32,000 nucleotides of DNA, taken from contig DAQK01000046.1 of assembly GCA_002502855.1 (NCBI GenBank), forward strand, positions 20,652 to 52,651, given 5' to 3'. Positions 31,059-32,000 of this stretch are shown here, piece by piece; within the stretch, counting starts at the first letter, position 1, and each line of letters begins with the position of its first letter. The notes under the pieces are model-generated. The model had not been told where the DNA came from, did no database searches, and saw only the letters and a program-made list of their open reading frames with translations. Both the position numbers and the translations under genes were made by a program. The stretch comes from Methanobacterium sp. UBA279. GTDB taxonomy: Archaea; Methanobacteriota; Methanobacteria; Methanobacteriales; Methanobacteriaceae.

Positions 31059-31823
31059 TCACCCGGAAACGGGGGTTTTAACCATTTTTTTCATATCAAT
31101 CTTTTTGCTATCATGTTTGAAACAAATTTTCCCTATTTCATCACCAATTTCTTCTTTTATGTCTTGTATTTTCTTCTGATTAGATTGGACACTATAATAT
31201 CCTTCTATTTTTTGAGAATTAATTAATTGTCTCCTAGTCTCATCATTAATAACTATTACTTCACCGTCCTTGATTGTTTTTTCATCAGTTATACTTTCAG
31301 GTAATCCTTTACCAGTTAAACCAAGCATTGCTCCTTCTAACCTTGCTTCGAGGTATTCTTTCATGAATTTTTCTTCTTCAGGACTTCGTATCTCATCAGC
31401 ATTAGTATGTGTGAAACTTTCCTCTCTCGTTTTGACTGTTACTGTCATTTCAAAAGTTACTTTATTATCATCTAATTCAAATAGTTCCTTATCTTCATAG
31501 GCCCAGTTTTTAATTTTCATAACGAAAGAATTTTTTTCCTTTTCTGGGGAAAGAACTGGTATTTGTCTTTCAGTTCTCATCTCTCCTAGAGTATTATATA
31601 ATGCTGTGGAAGAATTTTTTAAACAAAATCTGATTAAATCCCTATCTTCAGTTTCTAATGAGATGGTCAAATATGATTCTAATTCTGGAATGAATTCTTT
31701 ATCAATTCTTTCATCCTTTACTATCTCCTTAAAATATTTAGAACCCACTGAATCACGTATGATAACCCCTTTAAAATGAGATGGTGCAAGTGGATTGTTA
31801 ATTTCATCTAAAATATAATACAA
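31059..31823 (-). CDS. Hypothetical acidic/charged protein of unknown function
   Basis: 254 aa ORF from a TTG codon with coding-like composition. The same frame stays open further upstream (WEKIVEEDISKKKQVTKYEHEYTPVYSLVQDYDT...), so the start is uncertain. No family recognised. Confidence 0.6.
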   Translation of the reverse strand: MYYILDEINNPLAPSHFKGVIIRDSVGSKYFKEIVKDERIDKEFIPELESYLTISLETEDRDLIRFCLKNSSTALYNTLGEMRTERQIPVLSPEKEKNSFVMKIKNWAYEDKELFELDDNKVTFEMTVTVKTREESFTHTNADEIRSPEEEKFMKEYLEARLEGAMLGLTGKGLPESITDEKTIKDGEVIVINDETRRQLINSQKIEGYYSVQSNQKKIQDIKEEIGDEIGKICFKHDSKKIDMKKMVKTPVSG

Positions 31824-32000
31824 AGTATCATAATCTTGAACTAAGGAATATACTGGAGTGTATTCATGCTCATATTTTGTTACTTGTTTCTTTTTACTAA
31901 TGTCTTCTTCAACTATTTTTTCCCATCTCCTTTACTATATAACCTTGAGCTATCCGGTGCTAGGCCATTGAAACATCCGGGGTTCAGTGGCAGTATATCC

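Noticed and set aside
31969-31995. 'CCGGGGTTCAG' near the window edge as a possible tRNA T-arm
   Set aside because: There is no matching acceptor or anticodon arm in the visible sequence, and the complementary strand is open as a reading frame.
1-32000. CRISPR array or tRNA/rRNA genes
   Set aside because: I scanned the intergenic regions by eye. No regularly spaced identical repeats, no tRNA cloverleaf with a conserved GGTTCRANNC arm, and no rRNA-like sequence was recognised. A tRNAscan-SE/Infernal run would be needed to exclude them fully.

Overview
This 32 kb window reads as a methanogen chromosome, most likely Methanobacterium or a close relative. That placement is inferred from the gene content: mtd, cfbB/cfbD, fused fae-hps, Alba, pseudomurein-binding repeats, an archaeal-type ThrS and an archaeal-type signal peptidase. 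Most of it is compact housekeeping and metabolic sequence: F430 biosynthesis (cfbD, cfbB), amino-acid biosynthesis (leuA-like, trpB2, hisB, ilvD, argF), purD, thrS, argS, mtd, fae-hps and a lipoprotein-free surface/envelope locus. No rRNA, tRNA or CRISPR array was recognised. The best candidates for something under-described are: (1) a ParA ATPase translationally coupled (ATGA overlap) to a 141-aa protein that carries a ParB-like N-terminal 'ALGKGLDALI' motif but no ParB CTPase or HTH core, flanked on both sides by AAGTTATAAGTT-type repeats; (2) a secreted protein with pseudomurein-binding repeats fused to an M14-carboxypeptidase-like metal-site pattern, a possible new pseudomurein peptidase, preceded by a membrane-anchored protein with a DnaJ-like cysteine motif; (3) a tyrosine recombinase at the edge of an accessory region whose box I Arg appears to be Ser and whose reading frame continues upstream of the first ATG without a start codon. 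Several intergenic hairpins and inverted repeats are also reported. All family assignments were made by reading the translated sequences; no database search was run.
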